64,000 nt of DNA from Candidatus Entotheonellaceae bacterium (GTDB lineage Bacteria; Tectomicrobia; Entotheonellia; Entotheonellales; Entotheonellaceae), in assembly GCA_965238075.1 (NCBI GenBank), contig OZ250173.1, positions 32,001 through 96,000 on the forward strand, given 5' to 3'. Below the pieces are notes generated by a model, which ran no database searches, was not told the DNA's origin, and saw only the letters and a program-made list of their open reading frames with translations. Numbering within the stretch: the first letter of the stretch is position 1; each line of letters begins with the position of its first letter. The position numbers and the translations under genes are program-made. This document shows positions 40,203-50,969 of this stretch, one piece after another.

Positions 40203-40574
40203 ATGGTACGCTTGGGCACCACCATCGCTCGCTGGAATGCAGGATATGTCGCGCTGGTGCTGTTCATGGGCTATGGTCTGTTCGGTTTGTCGTCAATGGT
40301 TGATGCCCAGGAATGCGGCAAGGTGCACGAGGTTATCGTGACGCACATATTTACGCCGAAGGATTTGGTCCTGGAGGCGGGCGACTGCGTGCGGTTCGTC
40401 AACATTCACGAGATCGAGCACAGCGCCGTTGCCAGAACGCGGACGTTCAACACCGGCACGCTGATGCCGAGGAGCAGTTCGCTGATTCGGTTCGACAAGC
40501 CGGGCGAGTTGCCCTACGTGTGCGGTTTGCATCCGCCGATGATTGGAACCATTACTGTCAAGTCGAAGCCGTAA
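40203..40574 (+). CDS. Cupredoxin (amicyanin/plastocyanin-like)
   Basis: FTPKDL, EHS, YVCGLHPPMIGTI type-1 Cu ligands. Confidence 0.88.
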   Translation: MVRLGTTIARWNAGYVALVLFMGYGLFGLSSMVDAQECGKVHEVIVTHIFTPKDLVLEAGDCVRFVNIHEIEHSAVARTRTFNTGTLMPRSSSLIRFDKPGELPYVCGLHPPMIGTITVKSKP

Positions 40575-40731
40575 CCGGCCTCCCGCCCCCTGCACGTGCC
40601 GGCACGTTTTTCCCGCCATCGAAGCCGGCACCGTATTTTTCTTGACTCGCCAATCTAAAGGGTGTTACCAACGCAAGCCTTGGTATGACAGCTTTTCACA
40701 ATCCAATGGCAACTGATAAAGGAGGGGTTCC

Positions 40732-42510
40732 ATGATCAGGCGCTCGCTATGGATCGCTGTTGCATTGATGTTGGTTGTGCCCTTTGGGGCGCAGGCAAAC
40801 GACGAACTTCTGGCTCTGCAGGATGACGCCGGGCAGTGGACCTTACCCGGCAAAAACTATTCCGCTAACCGCTACAGCACTCTCAACCAGATCACCAGTC
40901 GTAACGTCAAGAACCTGAAAGCCTCGTGGACGTTTTCGCTTGGCGTGCTGCGTGGGCAGGAAGGCGCCCCGCTGGTGGTCGGCACGACGATGTACGTGCA
41001 CACCGGGTTTCCCAACAACGTCTACGCGCTGGACTTGACCCGGGACGGCGCGCCCATCAAATGGGCCTATAAGCCCAACCAGAACCCCAACGTGCCCGCG
41101 GTAGCGTGTTGCGATACGGTGTACCGCGGCTTGGCCTATGCCGAGGGGAAGATCTTCCTGGCGCAATTGGACACCAACGTCGTTGCCTTGGACGCCGCGA
41201 CTGGCAGAGAAATCTGGAAGGTCACGCAGGGCGACCCGGCTCAGGGCATGACCATTACCGCCGCGCCGCTGGTTATCAAGGATAAGGTCATCACCGGTAT
41301 CAGCGGCGGTGAGTTCGGTGTGCGTGGCTTTGTAACCGCAAACAACATCAACACCGGTGAGCAGGTCTGGCGCGCCTACAGCGCCGGGCCGGATGCGGAC
41401 GTGCTGATCGGCGATGATTTCAGCTCGCCCTACGCCAGTCATCAGGGTGCCGACCTCGGCGTCAACACCTGGAAGGGTGATGAGTGGACCCGCGGTGGCG
41501 GTACCACCTGGGGCTGGTACACCTACGATCCCGAGCTCGACCTGTTGTACTACAGCACCGGCAACCCGGGGGCGTGGAATCCCACCCAGCGCCCCGGCGA
41601 CAACAAATGGTCGATGACCGTCTTCGCGCGTAATCCGGACACCGGCATGGCGCGTTGGGCCTACCAGATGACGCCGCACGACGAGTGGGATTACGACGGC
41701 GTCAACGAGAACATCCTGGCCGACCTGCCCATGAACGGGCAGACGCGCAAGGTGCTGGTGCACTTTGATCGCAACGGCTTCGGGTACACGATTGACCGGG
41801 CGACCGGCGAGGTGCTCGTGGCCGAGAAGTTCGGCGCTGTCAACTGGGCGACCGGCGTTGACCTGGAAACCGGCGTGCCCGTTCGGGTAGCCGAAAAAGG
41901 CACCCAGGCGGGCCGCAACAGCAAGGACATCTGTCCGGCGGCCATCGGCACCAAGGACCAGCAACCCGCTGCCTTCTCGCCGAAGACCGGCCTGTTCTAC
42001 GTTCCCACCAACAACATCTGTATGGATTACGAGGGCGTGCCGGTGAAGTACCAGGCCGGGCAGTGGTACGTCGGCGCGATCGTGCGCATGTATCCCGGAC
42101 CGGGCGGTAACCGCGGCGAGTTCATCGCCTGGGATGCCACCACCGGTGAGAAGAAGTGGGGCATCAAGGAAAACCTGGCTGCATACGGCGGCGCGCTGGT
42201 GACGGCCGGTGACGTTGTCTTCTACGGCACCATGGAAGGTTGGCTGAAAGCGGTGCACGCCAAGACCGGCAGGCTGTTGTGGCGGTTCAAGACGGGCTCC
42301 GGCATTATCGCCAATCCGATGACCTATCTGGCGCCCGACGGCAAGCAATACGTAGCCGTCATTTCGGGCGTTGGCGGCTGGGCTGGCGTCGCCGTGGCCC
42401 TGGACATCGGCCCCGAGGATCCCACCGCAGGGCTGGGCGCTCTCGGCGCCTTTGGCGATGCGGGGATGCACAGTACCAAGGGAGCCATGTTGTATGTCTT
42501 CGGACTTTAA
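40732..42510 (+). CDS. xoxF: Lanthanide-type PQQ methanol/ethanol dehydrogenase (XoxF-like)
   Basis: VACCD vicinal Cys, SGGEFGVRG, TGNPG, RPGDNKW, WDYDGVNE (extra Asp where Ca-type MxaF has Ala); no mxaI nearby. Confidence 0.9.
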   Translation: MIRRSLWIAVALMLVVPFGAQANDELLALQDDAGQWTLPGKNYSANRYSTLNQITSRNVKNLKASWTFSLGVLRGQEGAPLVVGTTMYVHTGFPNNVYALDLTRDGAPIKWAYKPNQNPNVPAVACCDTVYRGLAYAEGKIFLAQLDTNVVALDAATGREIWKVTQGDPAQGMTITAAPLVIKDKVITGISGGEFGVRGFVTANNINTGEQVWRAYSAGPDADVLIGDDFSSPYASHQGADLGVNTWKGDEWTRGGGTTWGWYTYDPELDLLYYSTGNPGAWNPTQRPGDNKWSMTVFARNPDTGMARWAYQMTPHDEWDYDGVNENILADLPMNGQTRKVLVHFDRNGFGYTIDRATGEVLVAEKFGAVNWATGVDLETGVPVRVAEKGTQAGRNSKDICPAAIGTKDQQPAAFSPKTGLFYVPTNNICMDYEGVPVKYQAGQWYVGAIVRMYPGPGGNRGEFIAWDATTGEKKWGIKENLAAYGGALVTAGDVVFYGTMEGWLKAVHAKTGRLLWRFKTGSGIIANPMTYLAPDGKQYVAVISGVGGWAGVAVALDIGPEDPTAGLGALGAFGDAGMHSTKGAMLYVFGL

Positions 42511-42615
42511 TCGGCTGTAGGCCGCCGTCCGACGGCGGCAGGGGGATGTCGTGATGGCAGCCCTCTGTCGCCGGGCGGCCAAAGACCTTGGCGGATAGCA
42601 CGGGCAGGAGTCTTC

Positions 42616-43431
42616 ATGCATCGGCGAAAGCTTCTGTGGCTGATAGTGCTTGGGGTGATGACCGGTGCGGCCGTTGTCGGCGCACAGAGTGCGGAGCTAG
42701 AGGTTCTGCGCGTCTGTGCAGACCCGGATAACCTGCCGTTTTCGAATCGGCAAGAGGAAGGCTACGAAAACCGCATCGCTGCCTTGGCGGCGCAGGAGCT
42801 GGGCATTCCGCTGAGTTACACCTGGTGGCCGCAACGGCGCGGCTTCCTGCGTGGCACACTGAACGCCAGGCGTTGCGACGTTGTTATCGGCATGCCGACT
42901 GGGCACCCGCTGGTGCTGACAACGAGTGCTTATTATTCGTCGCCTTACGTCATTGTATCCCGGCGCCAGGACGGCCGGCAGATCGTTTCCCTCGATGACT
43001 CCCTCCTGAAGCAGCTTCGTATTGGGGTTTACCGAAACTCTCCGATTGACTTTGTACTCGGCCGCCGCGGCATTGTTGGGAACGTCATCGGTTACAGCAC
43101 GTTCTATGACGGCCGGACGAACTACCCGGGTAAAATTATCGAAGGGGTCGCCGCCGGGCGCATTGACGTGGCCATCGTATGGGGGCCAGCAGCCGGGTAC
43201 TTTGTCGGACAGCAGTCCGAGACGCTGAAGCTGGTGCCCATTGAAGTCCCGCGATTGCAGGGGAGAGATGAAGGCGAGCCCGAGGTGTTCGCCATGTCGA
43301 TGGGAGTCAGAAAGACCGACGAGCAGCTTCACGCCGTCCTGGAAACCGTGCTCAACGCCAAGAGCGTCGAGGTCAGGCGTATTTTGCAACGCTACGATGT
43401 ACCGCTGGATGCCCAGGCGCGGCGCCAATGA
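42616..43431 (+). CDS. xoxJ: MxaJ/XoxJ-family periplasmic binding protein
   Basis: LRVCADPDNLPFSN, WWPQRRGF, WGPAAGYF, MGVRK. Confidence 0.88.
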   Translation: MHRRKLLWLIVLGVMTGAAVVGAQSAELEVLRVCADPDNLPFSNRQEEGYENRIAALAAQELGIPLSYTWWPQRRGFLRGTLNARRCDVVIGMPTGHPLVLTTSAYYSSPYVIVSRRQDGRQIVSLDDSLLKQLRIGVYRNSPIDFVLGRRGIVGNVIGYSTFYDGRTNYPGKIIEGVAAGRIDVAIVWGPAAGYFVGQQSETLKLVPIEVPRLQGRDEGEPEVFAMSMGVRKTDEQLHAVLETVLNAKSVEVRRILQRYDVPLDAQARRQ

Positions 43432-43463
43432 CGGGTAGCATCTCGAGAACGTGAAGACAGGGA

Positions 43464-43895
43464 GTGAACATGCTGCAGCGATCCTCGATTTGTAGGCGGA
43501 ACCATGTCTCATACCGCCGTTTCCTCTTCCCTGTCATCCTGTCAATGGTTCTGTTCATTTTGTTGGGTGCCTTTCAGGGCATTCCGGAAGGCGAGGCCCA
43601 GGACGCTGCGCAGGTGTCGGAGGTCGTGATGAACGGTTGGCGCTGGTTTCACGTCTACTGTTTCCGCTGTCACGGCATGGACGCCGTCGGAAGCCAGATC
43701 GCGCCCAATTTGCGGGAATCCATCAAGGTTCTGCCGTACGACGAGTTCATCAAGGTCATTCGCGAGGGCAGACCCGAAAAAGCCATGCAGGCGTGGAACG
43801 TGTTGCTCGACGCATCGCAAATGGAAGACATCTACAAATACGTGATGGAGCGCAGCACCGGACGTTTGAAACCCGGCAGGCCCGACGAGCAATGA
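43464..43895 (+). CDS. Cytochrome c (probable XoxG-role electron acceptor)
   Basis: CFRCH, AMQAW; third gene of the F-J-G arrangement. Confidence 0.85.
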   Translation: MNMLQRSSICRRNHVSYRRFLFPVILSMVLFILLGAFQGIPEGEAQDAAQVSEVVMNGWRWFHVYCFRCHGMDAVGSQIAPNLRESIKVLPYDEFIKVIREGRPEKAMQAWNVLLDASQMEDIYKYVMERSTGRLKPGRPDEQ

Positions 43896-44401
43896 CGGGC
43901 ATGATTCCTGCCTTCAAACCGCTCATGATAGCCGCGGGGTTCCTCGTTCAAGTCTGTTTGACCCTGTGTGTCTGGGCAGACAGCCCTGGGACGCCGGTCA
44001 CGTTCGCAGTGCTGGAATTCTCGCTCAACCTCGACATTGCCAACCCGGACGACACCACCTACGACCGTTTGCCCGCCCAATTGGCCAGCCAAAGCCTGCG
44101 CCGTCTGGCTTCTCAGAGTGAACACTATGCGCTTGTCGATAGCCGTGGGGTGGTTTCCGATTCGCCCTGCGCTGACACTGACTGTGCCCTGGACATTGGC
44201 AAGGCCCTAGGGGTGCAGCGTGTCGTTTGGGGACGGGTCACGAAGGTCAGCGCCCTCATCTGGTTTGTGTCCGCGCAGCTTGTCGACGTCCCGACCGCAA
44301 CGATTCGGCATGCCGAGACCCTGCAATTCAGAGGCAACATGAGGGACGTCGTGCCTCGTCTGGCGGCGATTCTGTGGCGCCGCATGCATGAAGGCGATTG
44401 A
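43892..44401 (+). CDS. DUF3280/DUF2380-like exported protein
   Basis: CADTDCA..IGKALG...VWGRVTKVSALI. Confidence 0.7.
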   Translation: MTGMIPAFKPLMIAAGFLVQVCLTLCVWADSPGTPVTFAVLEFSLNLDIANPDDTTYDRLPAQLASQSLRRLASQSEHYALVDSRGVVSDSPCADTDCALDIGKALGVQRVVWGRVTKVSALIWFVSAQLVDVPTATIRHAETLQFRGNMRDVVPRLAAILWRRMHEGD

Positions 44402-44439
44402 ATGCCTTCTTCCGTGCAATAAGCCGGTACGGCGGCCTG

Positions 44440-44468
44440 TTGACACGATTTTGAGCCGCCGTTAGTAT
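44440..44468 (+). promoter_or_regulatory. Putative sigma70 promoter of pqqBCDE
   Basis: TTGACA-17 nt-TAGTAT. Confidence 0.65.
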
Positions 44469-44540
44469 TTGCGCGGCCCGGCACCCGGCTCCTGCAATGG
44501 CATGCGCCCATACACATCACGATTGGTTTACGGAGGAATG

Positions 44541-45455
44541 ATGCGGATACACGTCCTTGGATCGGCCGCTGGCGGCGGATTCCCGCAATGGAACTGCAAC
44601 TGCTCGAATTGCAGCCGGTTGCGCCAGGGGAATATCAAAGCCACGGCCCGTACGCAGTCCTCCATCGCCGTCAGCAGCGGCGGCGTCAGTTGGGTGCTCT
44701 TCAACGCCTCCCCTGACATCCGCACCCAGTTGGAGGCTTTCCCGGCCATGCAGCCAGCCCGAGCCCTGCGCGACACGGGTATCGTCGGCATCGTCCTCAT
44801 CGACAGCCAGATCGACCATACGACCGGGCTGCTGGTGTTGCGCGAAGGCCAGCCGCTCGACATCTACTGCACCGACATGGTGCACCAGGACCTCACCACC
44901 GGACACCCACTTTTCAACGTGTTGGGCCATTACTGCGGCGTCAACTGGCACTCGGTGCCATTGGAAGCCGGCGCCCACTTCACGATCGATGGCGTCGAGG
45001 ACCTACGCTTTACCGCAGTGCCCCTGAGCAGCAAAGCGCCGCCCTATTCTCCGCATCGCCACGACCCGCATATTGGCGACAACATCAGCGTGCGTGTGGA
45101 AGACCTGCGCAGCGGCAAAATGCTCTACTACGCGCCCGGCCTGGGCAAGATCGAGCCACATATCCTTCCCTATATGGAGGAAGCGGATTGCCTGATGGTG
45201 GACGGAACCTTCTGGCGCGACGACGAAATGGTGGTTGCCGGCTTGGGCAAAAAACTCGCCAGTGACATGGGGCACCTGCCGCAATCGGGCGACGACGGCA
45301 TGTTGAGTGTCCTCGCTTCGTTGCAGCGCCCGCGCAAAATTCTGATTCACATCAACAATTCGAATCCGATACTTGACGAGGAGTCCCCGGAGCGCGCCAT
45401 TGTCGACAAGGCGGGCGTTGAAGTTGCCTGCGATGGGATGGACATTACCCTGTAA
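44541..45455 (+). CDS. pqqB: PQQ biosynthesis protein B
   Basis: [36 protein letters not shown]. Confidence 0.96.
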   Translation: MRIHVLGSAAGGGFPQWNCNCSNCSRLRQGNIKATARTQSSIAVSSGGVSWVLFNASPDIRTQLEAFPAMQPARALRDTGIVGIVLIDSQIDHTTGLLVLREGQPLDIYCTDMVHQDLTTGHPLFNVLGHYCGVNWHSVPLEAGAHFTIDGVEDLRFTAVPLSSKAPPYSPHRHDPHIGDNISVRVEDLRSGKMLYYAPGLGKIEPHILPYMEEADCLMVDGTFWRDDEMVVAGLGKKLASDMGHLPQSGDDGMLSVLASLQRPRKILIHINNSNPILDEESPERAIVDKAGVEVACDGMDITL

Positions 45456-45483
45456 ACGTGCCACGAAACGAAGGAGTTCCGGT

Positions 45484-46230
45484 ATGTGTGCTTCCGAATT
45501 GGCCCCCTGGAGTCGTGAGGAATTTCACGAGAAGCTGAAGGAGAAGGGAACCTCGTACCATGTCTACCATCCCTTCCAGGTCATGATGACCGAGGGCAAG
45601 CTGACTCGTTCGCAGATGCAGGGCTGGGTGGCCAACCGGTTTTATTATCAAAAGAATATCCCGTTGAAAGACGCCGCGGTCATGGCCAATTGCCCGGACC
45701 GGGAGGTGCGGCGTGAGTGGATTCTGCGCATGCTCGATCAGGACGGCACGGAAGGCGACGCGGGGGGCATCGAAGCGTGGCTGCGGCTGGGCGTCGCTTG
45801 TGGCTTGACGCGCGAGGAAGTCCTTAGTGAGGAGCACGTCCTGCCAGGCGTGCGCTTCGCGGTTGACGCCTACCGCAACTTTGCCCGTTCGCGCCCTTGG
45901 CAGGAGGCGGTGTGCTCGTCCCTTACGGAGCTTTTCGCTCCGGACGCGCACGCTTCGCGCATCGAGTCGTTTCCCAAGCATTATCCATGGATCGGCCCGG
46001 AGGGGCTGGACTATTTCCGCATGCGCTTGAGCGAGGCGCGCCGGGACGTGCAGCACGGCCTCCGTATTACCCTGGATTATTTCAAGACCCGCGCGCAGCA
46101 GGAGCGCGCCCTGGATATTCTGGAATTCAAGCTCGACGTGTTGTGGACGATGCTGGACGCCATGTACATGGCTTATATTTCCCAAGAAACCCTGCCGCCG
46201 CACAAGAAATACGCCCTGGTCGAACGTTGA
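45484..46230 (+). CDS. pqqC: PQQ synthase
   Basis: [31 protein letters not shown]. Confidence 0.96.
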   Translation: MCASELAPWSREEFHEKLKEKGTSYHVYHPFQVMMTEGKLTRSQMQGWVANRFYYQKNIPLKDAAVMANCPDREVRREWILRMLDQDGTEGDAGGIEAWLRLGVACGLTREEVLSEEHVLPGVRFAVDAYRNFARSRPWQEAVCSSLTELFAPDAHASRIESFPKHYPWIGPEGLDYFRMRLSEARRDVQHGLRITLDYFKTRAQQERALDILEFKLDVLWTMLDAMYMAYISQETLPPHKKYALVER

Positions 46231-46256
46231 GGCGCGGCAATGGGAAGGAGGCCAAA

Positions 46257-46550
46257 ATGGCAGAACCAGCGGCCCTGAAAGCGGACGACATCATCAGTAT
46301 CACGCGCCACTTTCGCCTGCAGTGGGAAGAGGCGCAGCAGGCCCACGTGTTATTGTATCCCGAGGGCATGGTGACCCTCAACGGACCGGCCGCAGAAATC
46401 CTGACCCGTTGCCAGGAGGCCAAATCCGTCACTCAAGTGGTCGAGGAACTGCAACAGGCATTTCCACAAGACGACATCGCCGCGGACGTGCGCGAGTTTC
46501 TGGAGGACGCTTATGACAACGGCTGGATCTGCATCGAACGGGCAGACTAA
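46257..46550 (+). CDS. pqqD: PQQ peptide chaperone
   Basis: [24 protein letters not shown]. Confidence 0.94.
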   Translation: MAEPAALKADDIISITRHFRLQWEEAQQAHVLLYPEGMVTLNGPAAEILTRCQEAKSVTQVVEELQQAFPQDDIAADVREFLEDAYDNGWICIERAD

Positions 46551-47652
46551 CCCCCTGTGGCTGCTGGCGGAATTGACCTACCGCTGCCCGCTGCAATGCC
46601 TTTATTGCTCCAACCCCATAGACTACGCCAAGTATCAGAACGAGTTGACCACCGAGGAATGGATACGGGTGCTTCAGGAAGGCCGCGCCATGGGCGCCAC
46701 GCAGCTCGGCTTCTCGGGCGGTGAGCCTCTGGTTCGCAAGGACCTCGTTGACTTGGCGCGCGAAGCCAGACGGCTGGGCTATTATTCCAACCTGATCACC
46801 TCCGGCATCGGCATGGACGAGCCCCGTATCGCGGCCCTGAAGGAAGCCGGACTGGACCACATCCAGTTGAGCTTCCAGGCCAATACACCGGAAGTGAACG
46901 ACTACATCGGCGGCGCCAAGACTTTTGAACGCAAGCTGGCCATGGCTCGACTGATCAAGCACTACGATTACCCGATGGTGATGAACGTTGTGTTACATCG
47001 GCAGAATATCGATCAGACCGAGCAAATCCTGCAACTGGCCGAGGAGTTGGAGGCTGATTACATCGAGTTGGCCAACACCCAGTATTACGGCTGGGCGAAG
47101 GTCAACCGTTCTCAACTGTTGCCGACCCGCGATCAGGTGGAGCGCGCCGAAGCCATCGCCCACGACTACCAGGAACGCTTCAAGGGGCGCATGAAGGTCT
47201 ACTACGTCGTGCCCGATTACTTCGAGGACCGTCCCAAACCGTGCATGGCCGGTTGGGGTTCCGTGTTCTTGAACGTGGCGCCCGACGGCACTGCCCTGCC
47301 CTGCCACGCGGCCCATCAATTGCCGGGCCTGGATTTCCCCAACGTGCGCGATGCGAGCCTGCATTGGATCTGGCACGAATCCCCGGCCTTCAATGCCTTT
47401 CGGGGCGAGGACTGGATGAAGGAGCCCTGCCGCACCTGCCCGGAGCGCACCAAGGACTTTGGCGGTTGCCGCTGCCAGGCCTACATGCTGACGGGCGATG
47501 CGGCCAATGCAGACCCGGTTTGCAGCCTGTCGCCGCAACACGACATCGTGCTCAAGGCCATCGACGAGGACCAGGTCGTTCCGGCTGCCGATCAACTCCC
47601 CATGTTCCGCAGCAACAAGAATTCGCGGCAGTTTGTCGAAGCTGGCGCCTAG
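46513..47652 (+). CDS. pqqE: PqqA peptide cyclase (radical SAM/SPASM)
   Basis: [31 protein letters not shown]. Confidence 0.96.
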   Translation: MTTAGSASNGQTNPLWLLAELTYRCPLQCLYCSNPIDYAKYQNELTTEEWIRVLQEGRAMGATQLGFSGGEPLVRKDLVDLAREARRLGYYSNLITSGIGMDEPRIAALKEAGLDHIQLSFQANTPEVNDYIGGAKTFERKLAMARLIKHYDYPMVMNVVLHRQNIDQTEQILQLAEELEADYIELANTQYYGWAKVNRSQLLPTRDQVERAEAIAHDYQERFKGRMKVYYVVPDYFEDRPKPCMAGWGSVFLNVAPDGTALPCHAAHQLPGLDFPNVRDASLHWIWHESPAFNAFRGEDWMKEPCRTCPERTKDFGGCRCQAYMLTGDAANADPVCSLSPQHDIVLKAIDEDQVVPAADQLPMFRSNKNSRQFVEAGA

Positions 47653-47686
47653 CGGCCGCCAGACCCCGCGACGGCACCTAACTCGC

Positions 47687-48646
47687 ATGCAGGTCGACGC
47701 CTTGTCGCAGTCCAACGTCCCATTCGCCATCCAGACGAACAATCTGAGCAAGGTATACGGCGGGCTGCAAGCAGTTAATTGCCTGCAGCTTGCCATACCC
47801 GCGGGCCAATTCTTCGGCTTGCTTGGCCCCAACGGGTCCGGCAAAACCACGACCATTCACATGTTGACGACCTTGGCGCGTCCCACGGCGGGACAGGCGA
47901 GTGTGGCTGGGCACGACGTCCTCAGGGAGAGCGTCGCGGTGCGCCGAGAGGTTGGCCTGGTCTTTCAGGAGTCGGCGCTGGACCGCACGCTGACGGTTGA
48001 CGAAAACCTGCGTTTTGCCGGCATGCTACGCAATCTGTCCCGTGCCACCATTCGCCAGCGCAGCGACGAGCTGCTTGAACTGTTCAACCTGCGCGAACGG
48101 CGCCACATGAAGGTCGCGACCCTCTCCGGCGGTATGCGGCGGGCGCTCGATATTGCCCGCGGCGTGCTGCACCGCCCTCGTGTCTTGTTTCTTGACGAGC
48201 CCACGCTGGGGCTGGACGTTCCCAGCCGGCGCGGTATCTGGCGCTTTATCGAACAGTTGCGCCGCGAGGAAGTCATGACCGTTTTTCTCACCACGCACTA
48301 CCTCGAAGAGGCTGAAACCTGTGACCAGGTCGCCTTCCTGGCCTCGGGCAGGATCATCGGCGCCGGCCCGCCCGAAACCCTGGTCCGTCAATTCGGTCAT
48401 TACGTATTGGAAATTGACGGTACCGACCTTGATATGGTCGCTGCGCTGCTGTCACCACGGCTCGGCCCCTGTCTCAGGGAAGGCGGGACCGCGAGTTTTC
48501 GCGTCCTTGACGAACAGTTTTCGTTTGTTGAACTGCAGGCGGAGCTGAACGACGGCGTGCAGGCCGTGCGCTGGCGTCGGCCCAACCTCAACGACGTGTT
48601 CCTTTGGGTAAACGATCCGGCCCTGAGCGTGGGACTGGACCTATGA
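47687..48646 (+). CDS. ABC transporter ATP-binding protein (ABC-2 type; LutE/PedB-like)
   Basis: GPNGSGKT, VFQESALD, LSGG, LDEPT, TTHY. Confidence 0.88.
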   Translation: MQVDALSQSNVPFAIQTNNLSKVYGGLQAVNCLQLAIPAGQFFGLLGPNGSGKTTTIHMLTTLARPTAGQASVAGHDVLRESVAVRREVGLVFQESALDRTLTVDENLRFAGMLRNLSRATIRQRSDELLELFNLRERRHMKVATLSGGMRRALDIARGVLHRPRVLFLDEPTLGLDVPSRRGIWRFIEQLRREEVMTVFLTTHYLEEAETCDQVAFLASGRIIGAGPPETLVRQFGHYVLEIDGTDLDMVAALLSPRLGPCLREGGTASFRVLDEQFSFVELQAELNDGVQAVRWRRPNLNDVFLWVNDPALSVGLDL

Positions 48647-49437
48647 TGTGGCGACCGGTGTGGGCTTTGATCGAACGCGAAATAATGCGCATGGTGCGCC
48701 AGCGCGGCCGTCTGGTGAGCGCCCTGGTACGGCCGCTCATCTGGCTGCTGGTCATCGGCGCGGGGTTCGGCACCCTGTTGGGCGACGAGGCGTCCGGTGG
48801 CTATCAGCGCTTCCTGTCGCCTGGGCTGCTCGGCATGGTGATGCTGTTTGCGGCGATGCTGGTTTCGCTGTCCGTGGTATACGACAAAGAATTCGGCATC
48901 ATGCGCCTGCTGATCATTTCCCCCCTGCCCCACTACTGGGTGGTCATTGCCAAGACGATCAGTGGCATGGTCGTAGCCGTCGTGCAGGCTGGCGCCTTCG
49001 CCGTTCTGCTGGCCCTGATGGGATACATTGGGGGCGGCGTGTCGCTGCCGCTGCTGGTGCTCGGCCTGTTTGCCACGGCCCTGGCCTGCGCCAGCATGGG
49101 CATGCTGATCGCGGTGTGGAGTTCCACCCTGGACAACTTCGCGGTCATCATGAACTTCGTCATCTTTCCCGTGTTTTTCCTGAGCGGCGCCCTGTATCCG
49201 GTGCAGCAGTTGCCGGACATTTTAAAAATTGTCGCCGCCATCAATCCGTTCACCTACGGGGTTGACCTGCTCAAGCACGCCCTCGTCAGCGGCCTTGCCC
49301 CACCCCTCGGTCCCGACTTCCCGGTAGCTGTAGACATCACGGTTCTGCTGGGTTTCGCCGTCGTCGCCGTCTTTGTGGCCTGCCTTCGTTTTTCCCACGA
49401 ATCCGCCGCTGGCCTGCTGGACTTTCTGCGCGGCTAA
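48643..49437 (+). CDS. ABC-2 permease of PQQ alcohol dehydrogenase systems (LutF/PedC-like)
   Basis: QRGRLVSALVRPLIWL, SVVYDKEFG, NFAVIMNFVIFPVFFLSGALYP. Confidence 0.88.
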   Translation: MMWRPVWALIEREIMRMVRQRGRLVSALVRPLIWLLVIGAGFGTLLGDEASGGYQRFLSPGLLGMVMLFAAMLVSLSVVYDKEFGIMRLLIISPLPHYWVVIAKTISGMVVAVVQAGAFAVLLALMGYIGGGVSLPLLVLGLFATALACASMGMLIAVWSSTLDNFAVIMNFVIFPVFFLSGALYPVQQLPDILKIVAAINPFTYGVDLLKHALVSGLAPPLGPDFPVAVDITVLLGFAVVAVFVACLRFSHESAAGLLDFLRG

Positions 49438-49707
49438 TTCTGTTATAGCCCAACGGCACGGAACCTCGTCGCGTTGTTGTGCCAACTTGTTGGCGCGTGG
49501 TACGCTGTCGCCGTGATGGTGGTGCTCGTATCTAGCTAGGGCATTTTCTCCAGAGGTTTAACGAGTGTACGCCGCAATAGAGATGCCAGCCGTTCCGGAT
49601 TGTCCGCAATCGGAGCCCGTTCAGGTGGCGATCCAAACCCCATGTGCCTGGGCCATAACGTTCTCTGGACGTCTATAAGGCATTTGAATCTCTACAGGGA
49701 GGCTCAC

Positions 49708-50841
49708 ATGCAACATTCACTGAGACATCATCCCGTAAGAACCCTGATCGCCGCCGCTGTCACCATCCTGTTGAGCGTTTCCGCCTCAGCGTTCGCACAG
49801 GGCGGTTTACCTGGATTTGAGGTCGGCCAACAGGCCGAAGTCGAAGGTCTTCCACGGGTCATGCAGGAACTCGTCGCGCCGCCGTTTCTACCGCAGCACG
49901 ACCAGGTTGCCAAGGGGGGAGCGAAAATTGTCGAGGTTACGCTGGACGTCGTCGAAAAAGAGATGGAGATTGCGCCAGGGGTTTTTGTCCAGGCCATGAC
50001 CTTCAATGGCACGAATCCGGGGCCGATCATCGTCGTCCACGAGGGCGATTACGTCGAATTGACGCTCCGCAACCCCAAATCCAATACGATGCCCCATAAC
50101 ATCGATTTCCACGCCTCGACCGGCGCGATGGGGGGTGGGGCGCTCACGCTTGTCGGGCCTGGACAGCAGGTGAAATTGCGTTGGAAAGCGACCAAGGCCG
50201 GGACGTTCATCTACCACTGCGCGCCCGGTGGCGCGATGATTCCCTATCACGTTGTGGCGGGGATGAACGGGGCTGTTATGGTATTGCCGCGGGACGGTCT
50301 GACAAACGCCGAAGGTGAGTCGGTGCGCTATGACCGCGCTTATTATATCGGCGAGCAGGATTTCTACATTCCCAGAGACGGGGAGGGTAATTTCAAGCGT
50401 TACGCCAACCCGATGGCGGCGTTGAACGACACGATAGAATCCATGAAAACACTTCTTCCCACCCATATCACCTTCAACGGTAAAGTCGGCGGGCTCACCG
50501 GCGACCATGCCATGAAGGCGTCCGTAGGCGAGAGCGTGCTGTTTATCCATTCTCAGGCCAATCGTGATTCGCGGGTTCACATTATCGGCGGGCACGGTGA
50601 TCTGGTATGGCATGGCGGCTCATTCAGTGACGCGCCGGACACGAATCGGGAGACCTGGCCCGTGTTTGGCGGCGAGGCCGCTGCCGCGCTGTACACCTTC
50701 CGTCAGCCTGGCATTTATGCCTACGTCAACCACAACCTGATCGAAGCCGTTCTGCTTGGCGCAGTGGGTCATATTTCAGTGGATGGCCAATGGAACAATG
50801 ACCTGATGGAGCAAGTGGCGGCGCCGCATGCAATCGAGTAA
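49708..50841 (+). CDS. nirK: Copper-containing nitrite reductase
   Basis: HNIDFH, YHCAP...[23 protein letters not shown]; signal peptide. Confidence 0.95.
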   Translation: MQHSLRHHPVRTLIAAAVTILLSVSASAFAQGGLPGFEVGQQAEVEGLPRVMQELVAPPFLPQHDQVAKGGAKIVEVTLDVVEKEMEIAPGVFVQAMTFNGTNPGPIIVVHEGDYVELTLRNPKSNTMPHNIDFHASTGAMGGGALTLVGPGQQVKLRWKATKAGTFIYHCAPGGAMIPYHVVAGMNGAVMVLPRDGLTNAEGESVRYDRAYYIGEQDFYIPRDGEGNFKRYANPMAALNDTIESMKTLLPTHITFNGKVGGLTGDHAMKASVGESVLFIHSQANRDSRVHIIGGHGDLVWHGGSFSDAPDTNRETWPVFGGEAAAALYTFRQPGIYAYVNHNLIEAVLLGAVGHISVDGQWNNDLMEQVAAPHAIE

Positions 50842-50969
50842 GCCGTCTTTCGGGGAAGCCGTAAGGCTGACACTCTGTTACAATGGTGTCGTTTGCAAGC
50901 CCCCACTGGGCTTGGAAGCCGAAGCGCTTCATGACCGCAACACCGAATGTCCGCAAAGGAGGTAGAACA

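Noticed and set aside
40732-42510. Calling the dehydrogenase MxaF
   Set aside because: It has DYD rather than DYA, and no mxaI small subunit gene is present.
38454-42621. Long minus-strand ORFs 38454..40184 and 40843..42621
   Set aside because: Antisense to the amidohydrolase and xoxF-like genes; no recognisable domains.
49480-49506. gccaac-tt-gttggc palindrome and a GG-N10-GC sigma54-like spacing upstream of nirK
   Set aside because: The -12 element (ACGC) matches poorly and no FNR-type TTGAT-N4-ATCAA box is visible; too weak to call.
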